Under the pieces are notes generated by a model that did no database searches, was not told the DNA's origin, and was given only the letters and a program-made list of their open reading frames with translations. Both the position numbers and the translations under genes were made by a program. DNA of 64,000 nt from Balanoglossus misakiensis (lineage: Eukaryota > Animalia > Hemichordata), in NCBI GenBank assembly GCA_040954595.2, contig JBECUI020000026.1, positions 186,001 through 250,000 on the forward strand, in the 5' to 3' direction. This document shows, piece after piece, positions 1 to 15,000 of this stretch; the stretch's first letter is position 1, and every line of letters begins with the position of its first letter.

Positions 1-3000
1 TTCACCCATGATTTTTTTCAAAATTGACGAAATTTTGAGATTTTGCAAAGTCGAAAATTTGTCATTTTTTGATGATTGTCACCTATGATTTTTTTCAAAA
101 ATCGACAAAATTTTAAGATTTTGCAAAGTCGAAAATTTGTCATTTTTTGATGATTTTCACCTGTTTTTTTTTAAAAATCGACGAACCCATGATTTTTTTC
201 AAAATCGACGAAATTTTGAGATTTTGCATAATCGAAAATGTGTCATTTTTTGATGATTTTCACCCATAATTTTTTTTCAAAAATCGACGAAATTTTGAGA
301 TTTTGCAAAGACGAAAATTTGTCATTTTTTGATGATTTTCATCCATGATTTTTTTTTTAAAATTGACGAAATTTTGAGATTTTGCAAACTCGAAAATTTG
401 TCATTTTTTGATGATTTTCACCATGATTTTTTTTCAAAAATGGACGAAATTTTCAGATTTTGCAAAGTCGAAAATTTGTCATTTTTTGATGAATTTCACC
501 CATGATTTTTTTCAAAAATCGACGATTTTTAAGATTTTGCAAAGTCGAATATTTGTCATTTTTTGATGATTTTCACCTGTTTTTTTTAAAAAATCGACGA
601 ACCCATGATTTTTTTCAAAAATCGACGAAATTTTAAGATTTTGCAAAGTCGAAAATTTGTCATTTTTTGATGATTTTCACCAATGTTGTTTTTAAAAAAT
701 CGACGAAATGTTGAGATTTTGCAAAGTCGAAAATTTGTCATTTTTTGATGATTTTCACCCATGATTTTTTTCAAAAATCGACGAAATTTTGAGATTTTGC
801 AAAGTCGAAAATTTGTCATTTTTTGATGATTTTCACCCATGATTTTTTTCAAAATTGACGAAATTTTGAGATTTTGCAAAGTCGAAAATTTGTCATTTTT
901 TGATGATTTTCACCTATGATTCTTTTCAAAAATCGACAAAATTTTAAGATTTTGCAAAGTCGAAAATTTGTCATTTTTTGATGATTTTCACCTGTTTTTT
1001 TTTAAAAATCGACGAACCCATGATTTTTTTCAAAATCGACGAAATTTTGAGATTTTGCATAATCGAAAATGTGTCATTTTTTGATGATTTTCACCCATAA
1101 TTTTTTTTCAAAAATCGACGAAATTTTGAGATTTTGCAAAGACGAAAATTTGTCATTTTTTGATGATTTTCACCATGATTTTTTTTCAAAAATCGACGAA
1201 ATTTTGTGATTTTGCATAATCGAAAATGTGTCATTTTTTGATGATTTTCACCCATGATTTTTTTCAAAATTGACGAAATTTTGAGATTTTGCAAAGTCGA
1301 AAATTTGTCATTTTTTGATGATTTTCACCCATGATTTTTTTCAAAATTGACGAAATTTTGAGATTTTGCAAAGTCGAAAATTTGTCATTTTTTGATGATT
1401 TTCACCTATGATTCTTTTCAAAAATCGACAAAATGTTAAGATTTTGCAAAGTCGAAAATTTGTCATTTTTTGATGATTTTCACCTGTTTTTTTTTAAAAA
1501 TCGACGAACCCATGATTTTTTTCAAAATCGACGAAATTTTGAGATTTTGCATAATCGAAAATGTGTCATTTTTTGATGATTTTCACCCATAATTTTTTTT
1601 CAAAAATCGATGAAATTTTGAGATTTTGCAAAGACGAAAATTTGTCATTTTTTGATGATTTTCACCATGATTTTTTTTCAAAAATCGACGAAATTTTGTG
1701 ATTTTGCATAATCGAAAATGTGTCATTTTTTGATGATTTTCACCCATGATTTTTTTCAAAATTGACGAAATTTTGAGATTTTGCAAAGTCGAAAATTTGT
1801 CGTTTTTTGATGATTTTCACCTATGATTCTTTTCAAAAATCGACAAAATTTTAAGATTTTGCAAAGTCGAAAATTTGTCATTTTTTGATGATTTTCACCT
1901 GTTTTTTTTTAAAAATCGACGAACCCATGATTTTTTTCAAAATCGACGAAATTTTGAGATTTTGCATAATCGAAAATGTGTCATTTTTTGATGATTTTCA
2001 CCCATAATTTTTTTTCAAAAATCGACGAAATTTTGAGATTTTGCAAAGACGAAAATTTGTCATTTTTTGATGATTTTCACCATGATTTTTTTTCAAAAAT
2101 CGACGAAATTTTGTGATTTTGCATAATCGAAAATGTGTCATTTTTTGATGATTTTCACCCATGATTTTTTTTTCAAAAATCGACGAAATTTTGAGATTTT
2201 GCAAAGTCGAAAATTTGTCATTTTTTGATGATTTTCACCCATGATTTTTGTCAAAAATCGACGAAATGTTGAGATTTTGCAAAGTCGAAAATTTGTCATT
2301 TTTTGATGATTTTCACCAATGTTGTTTTTAAAAAATCGACGAACCCATGATTTTTTTCAAAATCGACGAAATTTTGAGATTTTGCAAAGTCGAAAATTTG
2401 TCATTTTTTGATGATTTTCACCATGATTTTTTTTCAAAAATCGACGAAATTTTGAGATTTTGCAAAGTCGAAAATTTGTCATTTTTTGATGATTTTCACC
2501 CATGATTTTTTCAAAAATCGACGAAATTTTGAGATTTTGCAAAGTCAAAAATTTGACATTTTTTGATGATTTTCACCCATGATTTTTTTTTCAAAAATCG
2601 ACGAAAGTTTGAGATTTTGCAAAGTCGAAAATTTGTCATTTTTTGATGATTTTCACCCATGATTTTTTTCAAAAATCGACGAAATTTTAAGATTTTGCAA
2701 AGTCGAAAATTTGTCATTTTTTGATGATTTTCACCCGTTTTTTTTCAAAAATCGACGAACCCACAATTTTTTTCAAAATCGACGAAATTTTGAGATTTTG
2801 CAAACTCGAAAATTTGTCATTTTTTGATGATTTTCACCATGATTTTTTTTCAAAAATGGACGAAATTTTCAGATTTTGCAAAGTCGAAAATTTGTCATTT
2901 TTTGATGATTTTCACCCATGATTTTTTTCAAAAATCGACGATTTTTAAGATTTTGCAAAGTCGAAAATTTGTCATTTTTTGATGATTTTCACCTGTTTTT

Positions 3001-6000
3001 TTTAAAAAATCGACGAACCCATGATTTTTTTCAAAAATCGACGAAATTTTAAGATTTTGCAAAGTCGAAAATTTGTCATTTTTTGATGATTTTCACCAAT
3101 GTTGTTTTTAAAAAATCGACGAAATTTTGAGATTTTGCATAATCGAAAATTTGTCATTTTTTGATGATTTTCACCCATGATTTTTTTCAAAAATCGACGA
3201 AATGTTGAGATTTTGCAAAGTCGAAAATTTGTCATTTTTTGATGATTTTCACCCATGATTTTTTTCAAAAATCGACGAAATTTTGAGATTTTGCAAAGTC
3301 GAAAATTTGTCATTTTTTGATGATTTTCACCCATGATTTTTTTCAAAATTGACGAAATTTTGAGATTTTGCAAAGTCGAAAATTTGTCATTTTTTGATGA
3401 TTTTCACCCATGATTTTTTTCAAAAATCGACGAAATTTTAAGATTTTGCAAAGTCGAAAATTTGTCATTTTTTGATGATTTTCACCCGTTTTTTTTCAAA
3501 AATCGACGAACCCACAATTTTTTTCAAAATCGACGAAATTTTGAGATTTTGCAAAGTCGAAAATTTGTCATTTTTTGATGATTTTCACCCATGATTTTTT
3601 TCAAAAATCGACGAACTTTTAAGATTTTGCAAAGTCGAAAATTTGTCATTTTTTGATGATTTTCACCTGTTTTTTTAAAAAAATCGACGAACCCATGATT
3701 TTTTTCAAAAATCGACGAAATTTTAAGATTTTGCAAAGTCGAAAATTTGTCATTTTTTGATGATTTTCACCAATGTTGTTTTTAAAAAATCGACCAAAAT
3801 TTTGAGATTTTGCATAATCGAAAATTTGTCATTTTTTGATGATTTTCACCCATGATTTTTTTCAAAAATCGACGAAATGTTGAGATTTTGCAAAGTCGAA
3901 AATTTGTCATTTTTTGATGATTTTCACCCATGATTTTTTTCAAAAATCGACGAAATTTTGAGATTTTGCAAAGTCGAAAATTTGTCATTTTTTGATGATT
4001 TTCACCCATGATTTTTTTCAAAATTGACGAAATTTTGAGATTTTGCAAAGTCGAAAATTTGTCATTTTTTGATGATTGTCACCTATGATTTTTTTCAAAA
4101 ATCGACAAAATTTTAAGATTTTGCAAAGTCGAAAATTTGTCATTTTTTGATGATTTTCACCTGTTTTTTTTTAAAAATCGACGAACCCATGATTTTTTTC
4201 AAAATCGACGAAATTTTGAGATTTTGCACAATCGAAAATGTGTCATTTTTTGATGATTTTCACCCATAATTTTTTTTCAAAAATCGACGAAATTTTGAGA
4301 TTTTGCAAAGACGAAAATTTGTCATTTTTTGATGATTTTCATCCATGATTTTTTTTTTAAAATTGACGAAATTTTGAGATTTTGCAAACTCGAAAATTTG
4401 TCATTTTTTGATGATTTTCACCATGATTTTTTTTCAAAAATGGACGAAATTTTCAGATTTTGCAAAGTCGAAAATTTGTCATTTTTTGATGATTTTCACC
4501 CATGATTTTTTTCAAAAATCGACGATTTTTAAGATTTTGCAAAGTCGAAAATTTGTCATTTTTTGATGATTTTCACCTGTTTTTTTTAAAAAATCGACGA
4601 ACCCATGATTTTTTTCAAAAATCGACGAAATTTTAAGATTTTGCAAAGTCGAAAATTTGTCATTTTTTGATGATTTTCACCAATGTTGTTTTTAAAAAAT
4701 CGACGAAATTTTGAGATTTTGCATAATCGAAAATTTGTCATTTTTTGATGATTTTCACCCATGATTTTTTTCAAAAATCGACGAAATGTTGAGATTTTGC
4801 AAAGTCGAAAATTTGTCATTTTTTGATGATTTTCACCCATGATTTTTTTCAAAAATCGACGAAATTTTGAGATTTTGCAAAGTCGAAAATTTGTCATTTT
4901 TTGATGATTTTCACCCATGATTTTTTTCAAAATTGACGAAATTTTGAGATTTTGCAAAGTCGAAAATTTGTCATTTTTTGATGATTTTCACCTATGATTC
5001 TTTTCAAAAATCGACAAAATTTTAAGATTTTGCAAAGTCGAAAATTTGTCATTTTTTGATGATTTTCACCTGTTTTTTTTTAAAAATCGACGAACCCATG
5101 ATTTTTTTCAAAATCGACGAAATTTTGAGATTTTGCATAATCGAAAATGTGTCATTTTTTGATGATTTTCACCCATAATTTTTTTTCAAAAATCGACGAA
5201 ATTTTGAGATTTTGCAAAGACGAAAATTTGTCATTTTTTGATGATTTTCACCATGATTTTTTTTCAAAAATCGACGAAATTTTGTGATTTTGCATAATCG
5301 AAAATGTGTCATTTTTTGATGATTTTCACCCATGATTTTTTTCAAAATTGACGAAATTTTGAGATTTTGCAAAGTCGAAAATTTGTCATTTTTTGATGAT
5401 TTTCACCAATGATTCTTTTCAAAAATCGACAAAATTTTAAGATTTTGCAAAGTCGAAAATTTGTCATTTTTTGATGATTTTCACCTGTTTTTTTTTAAAA
5501 ATCGACGAACCCATGATTTTTTTCAAAATCGACGAAATTTTGAGATTTTGCATAATCGAAAATGTGTCATTTTTTGATGATTTTCACCCATAATTTTTTA
5601 TCAAAAATCGATGAAATTTTGAGATTTTGCAAAGACGAAAATTTGTCATTTTTTGATGATTTTCACCATGATTTTTTTTCAAAAATCGACGAAATTTTGT
5701 GATTTTGCATAATCGAAAATGTGTCATTTTTTGATGATTTTCACCCATGATTTTTTTCAAAATTGACGAAATTTTGAGATTTTGCAAAGTCGAAAATTTG
5801 TCGTTTTTTGATGATTTTCACCTATGATTCTTTTCAAAAATCGACAAAATTTTAAGATTTTGCAAAGTCGAAAATTTGTCATTTTTTGATGATTTTCACC
5901 TGTTTTTTTTTAAAAATCGACGAACCCATGATTTTTTTCAAAATCGACGAAATTTTGAGATTTTGCATAATCGAAAATGTGTCATTTTTTGATGATTTTC

Positions 6001-9000
6001 ACCCATAATTTTTTTTCAAAAATCGACGAAATTTTGAGATTTTGCAAAGACGAAAATTTGTCATTTTTTGATGATTTTCACCATGATTTTTTTTCAAAAA
6101 TCGACGAAATTTTGTGATTTTGCATAATCGAAAATGTGTCATTTTTTGATGATTTTCACCCATGATTTTTTTTTCAAAAATCGACGAAATTTTGAGATTT
6201 TGCAAAGTCGAAAATTTGTCATTTTTTGATGATTTTCACCCATGATTTTTTTCAAAAATCGACGAAATGTTGAGATTTTGCAAAGTCGAAAATTTGTCAT
6301 TTTTTGATGATTTTCACCAATGTTGTTTTTAAAAAATCGACGAACCCATGATTTTTTTCAAAATCGACGAAATTTTGAGATTTTGCAAAGTCGAAAATTT
6401 GTCATTTTTTGATGATTTTCACCCATGATTTTTTCAAAAATCGACGAAATTTTGAGATTTTGCAAAGTCAAAAATTTGACATTTTTTGATGATTTTCACC
6501 CATGATTTTTTTTTCAAAAATCGACGAAAGTTTGAGATTTTGCAAAGTCGAAAATTTGTCATTTTTTGATGATTTTCACCCATGATTTTTTTCAAAAATC
6601 GACGAAATTTTAAGATTTTGCAAAGTCGAAAATTTGTCATTTTTTGATGATTTTCACCCGTTTTTTTTCAAAAATCGACGAACCCATAATTTTTTTCAAA
6701 ATCGACGAAATTTTGAGATTTTGCAAAGTCGAAAATTTGTCATTTTTTGATGATTTTCACCCATGATTTTTTTCAAAAATCGACGAACTTTTAAGATTTT
6801 GCAAAGTCGAAAATTTGTCATTTTTTGATGATTTTCACCTGTTTTTTTAAAAAAATCGACGAACCCATGATTTTTTTCAAAAATCGACGAAATTTTAAGA
6901 TTTTGCAAAGTCGAAAATTTGTCATTTTTTGATGATTTTCACCAATGTTGTTTTTAAAAAATCGACGAAATTTTGAGATTTTGCATAATCGAAAATTTGT
7001 CATTTTTTGATGATTTTCACCCATGATTTTTTTCAAAAATCGACGAAATGTTGAGATTTTGCAAAGTCGAAAATTTGTCATTTTTTGATGATTTTCATCC
7101 ATGATTTTTTTTTTTAAATTGACGAAATTTTGAGATTTTGCAAAGTCGAAAATTTGTCATTTTTTGATGATTTTCACCATGATTTTTTTTCAAAAATCGA
7201 CGAAATTTTGAGATTTTGCAAAGTCGAAAATTTGTCATTTTTTGATGATTTTCACCCATGATTTTTTTCAAAAATCGACGAAATTTTAAGATTTTGCAAA
7301 GTCGAAAATTTGTCATTTTTTGATGATTTTCACCTGTTTTTTTTTAAAAATCGACGAACCCATGATTTTTTTCAAAAATCGACGAAATTTTAAGATTTTG
7401 CAAAGTCGAAAATTTGTCATTTTTTGATGATTTTCACCCATGATTTTTTTCAAAATTGACGAAATTTTGAGATTTTGCAAAGTCGAAAATTTGTCATTTT
7501 TTGATGATTTTCACCTATGATTCTTTTCAAAAATCGACAAAATTTTAAGATTTTGCAAAGTCGAAAATTTGTCATTTTTTGATGATTTTCACCTGTTTTT
7601 TTTTAAAAATCGACGAACCCATGATTTTTTTCAAAATCGACGAAATTTTGAGATTTTGCATAATCGAAAATGTGTCATTTTTTGATGATTTTCACCCATA
7701 ATTTTTTTTCAAAAATCGACGAAATTTTGAGATTTTGCAAAGACGAAAATTTGTCATTTTTTGATGATTTTCACCATGATTTTTTTTCAAAAATCGACGA
7801 AATTTTGTGATTTTGCATAATCGAAAATGTGTCATTTTTTGATGATTTTCACCCATGATTTTTTTTTCAAAAATCGACGAAATTTTGAGATTTTGCAAAG
7901 TCGAAAATTTGTCATTTTTTGATGATTTTCACCCATGATTTTTTTCAAAAATCGACGAAATGTTGAGATTTTGCAAAGTCGAAAATTTGTCATTTTTTGA
8001 TGATTTTCACCAATGTTGTTTTTAAAAAATCGACGAACCCATGATTTTTTTCAAAATCGACGAAATTTTGAGATTTTGCAAAGTCGAAAATTTGTCATTT
8101 TTTGATGATTTTCACCATGATTTTTTTTCAAAAATCGACGAAATTTTGAGATTTTGCAAAGTCGAAAATTTGTCATTTTTTGATGATTTTCACCCATGAT
8201 TTTTTCAAAAATCGACGAAATTTTGAGATTTTGCAAAGTCAAAAATTTGACATTTTTTGATGATTTTCACCCATGATTTTTTTTTCAAAAATCGACGAAA
8301 GTTTGAGATTTTGCAAAGTCGAAAATTTGTCATTTTTTGATGATTTTCACCCATGATTTTTTTCAAAAATCGACGAAATTTTAAGATTTTGCAAAGTCGA
8401 AAATTTGTCATTTTTTGATGATTTTCACCTGTTTTTTTAAAAAAATCGACGAACCCATGATTTTTTTCAAAAATCGACGAAATTTTAAGATTTTGCAAAG
8501 TCGAAAATTTGTCATTTTTTGATGATTTTCACCTGTTTTTTTTTAAAAATCGACGAACCCATGATTTTTTTCAAAATCGACGAAATTTTGAGATTTTGCA
8601 TAATCGAAAATGTGTCATTTTTTGATGATTTTCACCCATAATTTTTTTTCAAAAATCGACGAAATTTTGAGATTTTGCAAAGACGAAAATTTGTCATTTT
8701 TTGATGATTTTCACCATGATTTTTTTTCAAAAATCGACGAAATTTTGTGATTTTGCATAATCGAAAATGTGTCATTTTTTGATGATTTTCACCCATGATT
8801 TTTTTTTCAAAAATCGACGAAATTTTGAGATTTTGCAAAGTCGAAAATTTGTCATTTTTTGATGATTTTCACCCATGATTTTTTTCAAAAATCGACGAAA
8901 TGTTGAGATTTTGCAAAGTCGAAAATTTGTCATTTTTTGATGATTTTCACCAATGTTGTTTTTAAAAAATCGACGAACCCATGATTTTTTTCAAAATCGA

Positions 9001-12000
9001 CGAAATTTTGAGATTTTGCAAAGTCGAAAATTTGTCATTTTTTGATGATTTTCACCATGATTTTTTTTCAAAAATCGACGAAATTTTGAGATTTTGCAAA
9101 GTCGAAAATTTGTCATTTTTTGATGATTTTCACCCATGATTTTTTCAAAAATCGACGAAATTTTGAGATTTTGCAAAGTCAAAAATTTGACATTTTTTGA
9201 TGATTTTCACCCATGATTTTTTTTTCAAAAATCGACGAAAGTTTGAGATTTTGCAAAGTCGAAAATTTGTCATTTTTTGATGATTTTCACCCATGATTTT
9301 TTTCAAAAATCGACGAAATTTTAAGATTTTGCAAAGTCGAAAATTTGTCATTTTTTGATGATTTTCACCTGTTTTTTTAAAAAAATCGACGAACCCATGA
9401 TTTTTTTCAAAAATCGACGAAATTTTAAGATTTTGCAAAGTCGAAAATTTGTCATTTTTTGATGATTTTCACCAATGTTGTTTTTAAAAAATCAACGAAA
9501 TTTTGAGATTTTGCATAATCGAAAATTTGTCATTTTTTGATGATTTTCACCCATGATTTTTTTCAAAAATCGACGAAATGTTGAGATTTTGCAAAGTCGA
9601 AAATTTGTCATTTTTTGATGATTTTCATCCATGATTTTTTTTTTTAAATTGACGAAATTTTGAGATTTTGCAAAGTCGAAAATTTGTCATTTTTTGATGA
9701 TTTTCACCATGATTTTTTTTCAAAAATCGACGAAATTTTGAGATTTTGCAAAGTCGAAAATTTGTCATTTTTTGATGATTTTCACCCATGATTTTTTTCA
9801 AAAATCGACGAAATTTTAAGATTTTGCAAAGTCGAAAATTTGTCATTTTTTGATGATTTTCACCTGTTTTTTTTTTAAAATCGACGAACCCATGATTTTT
9901 TTCAAAAATCGACGAAATTTTAAGATTTTGCAAAGTCGAAAATTTGTCATTTTTTGATGATTTTCACCCGTTTTTTTTTTCAAAAATCGACGAACCCATA
10001 ATTTTTTTTAAAATCGACGAAATTTTGAGATTTTGCAAAGTCGAAAATTTGTCATTTTTTGATGATTTTCACCCATGATTTTTTTCAAAAATCGACGAAA
10101 TTTTAAGATTTTGCAAAGTCGAAAATTTGTCATTTTTTGATGATTTTCACCTGTTTGTTTTAAAAAATCGACGAACCCATGATTTTTTTCAAAAATCGAC
10201 GAAATTTTAAGATTTTGCAAAATCGAAAATTTGTCATTTTTTGATGATTTTCACCTGTTTTTTTTTAAAAATGGACGAAATTTTCAGATTTTGCAAAGAC
10301 GAAAATTTGTCATTTTTTGATGATTTTCACCATGACTTTTTTTCAAAAATCAACGAAATTGTGAGATTTTGCAAAGTCGATAATTTGTCATTTTTTGATG
10401 ATTTTCACCCATGATTTTTTTTCAAAAATGGACGATATTTTCAGATTTTGCAAAGACGAAAATTTGTCATTTTTTGATGATTTTCACCCTGATTTTTTTT
10501 CAAAAATCGACGAAATTGTGAGATTTTGCAAAGTCGATAATTTGTCATTTTTTGATGATTTTCACCCATGATTTTTTTTCAAAAATGGACGATATTTTCA
10601 GATTTTGCAAAGACGAAAATTTGTCATTTTTTGATGATTTTCACCCTGATTTTTTTTCAAAAATCGACGAAATTGTGAGATTTTGCAAAGTCGAAAATTT
10701 GTCATTTTTTGATGATTTTCACCCATGATTTTTTTTCAAAAATGGACGAAATTTTCAGATTTTGCAAAGACGAAAATTTGTCATTTTTTGATGATTTTCA
10801 CCATGACTTTTTTTCAAAAATCGACGAAATTTTGAGATTTTACAAAGACGAAAATTTGTCATTTTTTGATGATTTTCACCTGTTTTTTTTTAAAAATCGA
10901 CGAACCCATGATTTTTTTCAAAATCGACGAAATTTTGAGATTTTGCATAATCGAAAATGTTGTCATTTTTTGATGATTTTCACCCATGATTTTTTTTCAA
11001 AAATGGACGAAATTTTCAGATTTTGCAAAGACGAAAATTTGTCATTTTTTGATGATTTTCACCATGATTTTTTTCAAAATCGACGAAATTTTGAGATTTT
11101 GCAAAGACGAAAATTTGTCATTTTTTGATGATTTTCACCATGTTTTTTTTTTTTTAAATGGACGAAATTTTGAGATTTTGCAAAGTCGAAAATTTGTCAT
11201 TTTTTGATGATTTTCACCCATGATTTTTTTCAAAAATCGACGAAATGTTGAGATTTTGCAAAGTCGAAAATTTGTCATTTTTTGATGATTTTCATCCATG
11301 ATTTTTTTTTAAAATTGACGAAATTTTGAGATTTTGCAAAGTCGAAAATTTGTCATTTTTTGATGATTTTCACCATGATTTTTTTTCAAAATCGACGAAA
11401 TTTTGAGATTTTGCATAATCGAAAATTTTGTCATTTTTTGATGATTTTCACCCATGATTTTTTTTCAAAAATGGACGAAATTTTCAGATTTTGCAAAGAC
11501 GAAAATTTGTCATTTTTTGATGATTTTCACCATGATTTTTTTCAAAATCGACGAAATTTTGAGATTTTGCAAAGACGAAAATTTGTCATTTTTTGATGAT
11601 TTTCACCATGTTTTTTTTTTTAAATGGACGAAATTTTGAGATTTTGCAAAGTCGAAAATTTGTCATTTTTTGATGATTTTCACCCATGATTTTTTTCAAA
11701 AATCGACGAAATGTTGAGATTTTGCAAAGTCGAAAATTTGTCATTTTTTGATGATTTTCATCCATGATTTTTTTTTAAAATTGACGAAATTTTGAGATTT
11801 TGCAAAGTCGAAAATTTGTCATTTTTTGATGATTTTCACCATGATTTTTTTTCAAAATCGACGAAATTTTGAGATTTTGCATAATCGAAAATTTTGTCAT
11901 TTTTTGATGATTTTCACCCATGATTTTTTTTCAAAAATTTGAAAACGAAAATTTGTCATTTTTTGATGATTTTCACCATGATTTTTTTTCAAAAATCGAC

Positions 12001-15000
12001 GAAATTGTGAGATTTTGCAAAGTCGATAATTTGTCATTTTTTGATGATTTTCCCCCAATGGTTTTTTTCAAAATCGACGAAATTTTGAGATTTTGCAAAG
12101 TCGAAAATTTGTCATTTTTTGATGATTTTCCCCCATGTTTTTTTTTTAAATGGACGAAATTTTGAGATTTTGCAAAGTCGAAAATTTGTCATTTTTTGAT
12201 GATTTTCACCTGTTTTTTTTTAAAAATCGACGAACCCATGATTTTTTTCAAAATCGACGAAATTTTGAGATTTTGCATAATCGAAAATGTGTCATTTTTT
12301 GATGATTTTCACCCATAATTTTTTTTCAAAAATCGACGAAATTTTGAGATTTTGCAAAGACGAAAATTTGTCATTTTTTGATGATTTTCATCCATGATTT
12401 TTTTTTAAAATTGACGAAATTTTGAGATTTTGCAAACTCGAAAATTTGTCATTTTTTGATGATTTTCACCATGATTTTTTTTCAAAAATGGACGAAATTT
12501 TCAGATTTTGCAAAGTCGAAAATTTGTCATTTTTTGATGATTTTCACCCATGATTTTTTTCAAAAATCGACGATTTTTAAGATTTTGCAAAGTCGAAAAT
12601 TTGTCATTTTTTGATGATTTTCACCTTTTTTTTTTAAAAAATCGACGAACCCATGATTTTTTTCAAAAATCGACGAAATTTTAAGATTTTGCAAAGTCGA
12701 AAATTTGTCATTTTTTGATGATTTTCACCAATGTTGTTTTTAAAAAATCGACGAAATTTTGAGATTTTGCATAATCGAAAATTTGTCATTTTTTGATGAT
12801 TTTCACCCATGATTTTTTTCAAAAATCGACGAAATGTTGAGATTTTGCAAAGTCGAAAATTTGTCATTTTTTGATGATTTTCACCCATGATTTTTTTCAA
12901 AAATCGACGAAATTTTGAGATTTTGCAAAGTCGAAAATTTGTCATTTTTTGATGATTTTCATCCATGATTTTTTTTTAAAATTGACGAAATTTTGAGATT
13001 TTGCAAAGTCGAAAATTTGTCATTTTTTGATGATTTTCACCATGATTTTTTTTCAAAATCGACGAAATTTTGAGATTTTGCATAATCGAAAATTTTGTCA
13101 TTTTTTGATGATTTTCACCCATGATTTTTTTTCAAAAATGGACCAAATTTTCAGATTTTGCAAAGACGAAAATTTGTCATTTTTTGATGATTTTCACCAT
13201 GATTTTTTTTCAAAAATCGACGAAATTGTGAGATTTTGCAAAGTCGATAATTTGTCATTTTTTGATGATTTTCCCCCAATGGTTTTTTTCAAAATCGACG
13301 AAATTTTGAGATTTTGCAAAGTCGAAAATTTGTCATTTTTTGATGATTTTCCCCCATGTTTTTTTTTTAAATGGACGAAATTTTGAGATTTTGCAAAGTC
13401 GAAAATTTGTCATTTTTTGATGATTTTCACCTGTTTTTTTTAAAAAATCGACGAACCCATGATTTTTTTCAAAATCGACGAAATTTTGAGATTTTGCATA
13501 ATCGAAAATGTGTCATTTTTTGATGATTTTCACCCATAATTTTTTTTCAAAAATCGACGAAATTTTGAGATTTTGCAAAGACGAAAATTTGTCATTTTTT
13601 GATGATTTTCATCCATGATTTTTTTTTAAAATTGACGAAATTTTGAGATTTTGCAAACTCGAAAATTTGTCATTTTTTGATGATTTTCACCATGATTTTT
13701 TTTCAAAAATGGACGAAATTTTCAGATTTTGCAAAGTCGAAAATTTGTCATTTTTTGATGATTTTCACCCATGATTTTTTTCAAAAATCGACGATTTTTA
13801 AGATTTTGCAAAGTCGAAAATTTGTCATTTTTTGATGATTTTCACCTGTTTTTTTTAAAAAATCGACGAACCCATGATTTTTTTCAAAAATCGACGAAAT
13901 TTTAAGATTTTGCAAAGTCGAAAATTTGTCATTTTTTGATGATTTTCACCAATGTTGTTTTTAAAAAATCGACGAAATTTTGAGATTTTGCATAATCGAA
14001 AATTTGTCATTTTTTGATGATTTTCACCCATGATTTTTTTCAAAAATCGACGAAATGTTGAGATTTTGCTAAGTCGAAAATTTGTCATTTTTTGATGATT
14101 TTCACCCATGATTTTTTTCAAAAATCGACGAAATTTTGAGATTTTGCAAAGTCGAAAATTTGTCATTTTTTGATGATTTTCACCCATGATTTTTTTCAAA
14201 ATTGACGAAATTTTGAGATTTTGCAAAGTCGAAAATTTGTCATTTTTTGATGATTTTCACCCATGATTCTTTTCAAAAATCGACAAAATTTTAAGATTTT
14301 GCAAAGTCGAAAATTTGTCATTTTTTGATGATTTTCACCTGTTTTTTTTTAAAAATCGACGAACCCATGATTTTTTTCAAAATCGACGAAATTTTGAGAT
14401 TTTGCATAATCGAAAATGTGTCATTTTTTGATGATTTTCACCCATAATTTTTTTTCAAAAATCGACGAAATTTTGAGATTTTGCAAAGACGAAAATTTGT
14501 CATTTTTTGATGATTTTCACCATGATTTTTTTTCAAAAATCGACGAAATTTTGTGATTTTGCATAATCGAAAATGTGTCATTTTTTGATGATTTTCATCC
14601 ATGATTTTTTTTTAAAATTGACGAAATTTTGAGATTTTGCAAACTCGAAAATTTGTCATTTTTTGATGATTTTCACCATGATTTTTTTTCAAAAATGGAC
14701 GAAATTTTCAGATTTTGCAAAGTCGAAAATTTGTCATTTTTTGATGATTTTCACCCATGATTTTTTTCAAAAATCGACGATTTTTAAGATTTTGCAAAGT
14801 CGAAAATTTGTCATTTTTTGATGATTTTCACCTGTTTTTTTTTAAAAATCGACGAACCCATGATTTTTTTCAAAAATCGACGAAATTTTAAGATTTTGCA
14901 AAGTCGAAAATTTGTCATTTTTTGATGATTTTCACCAATGTTGTTTTTAAAAAATCGACGAAATTTTGAGATTTTGCATAATCGAAAATTTGTCATTTTT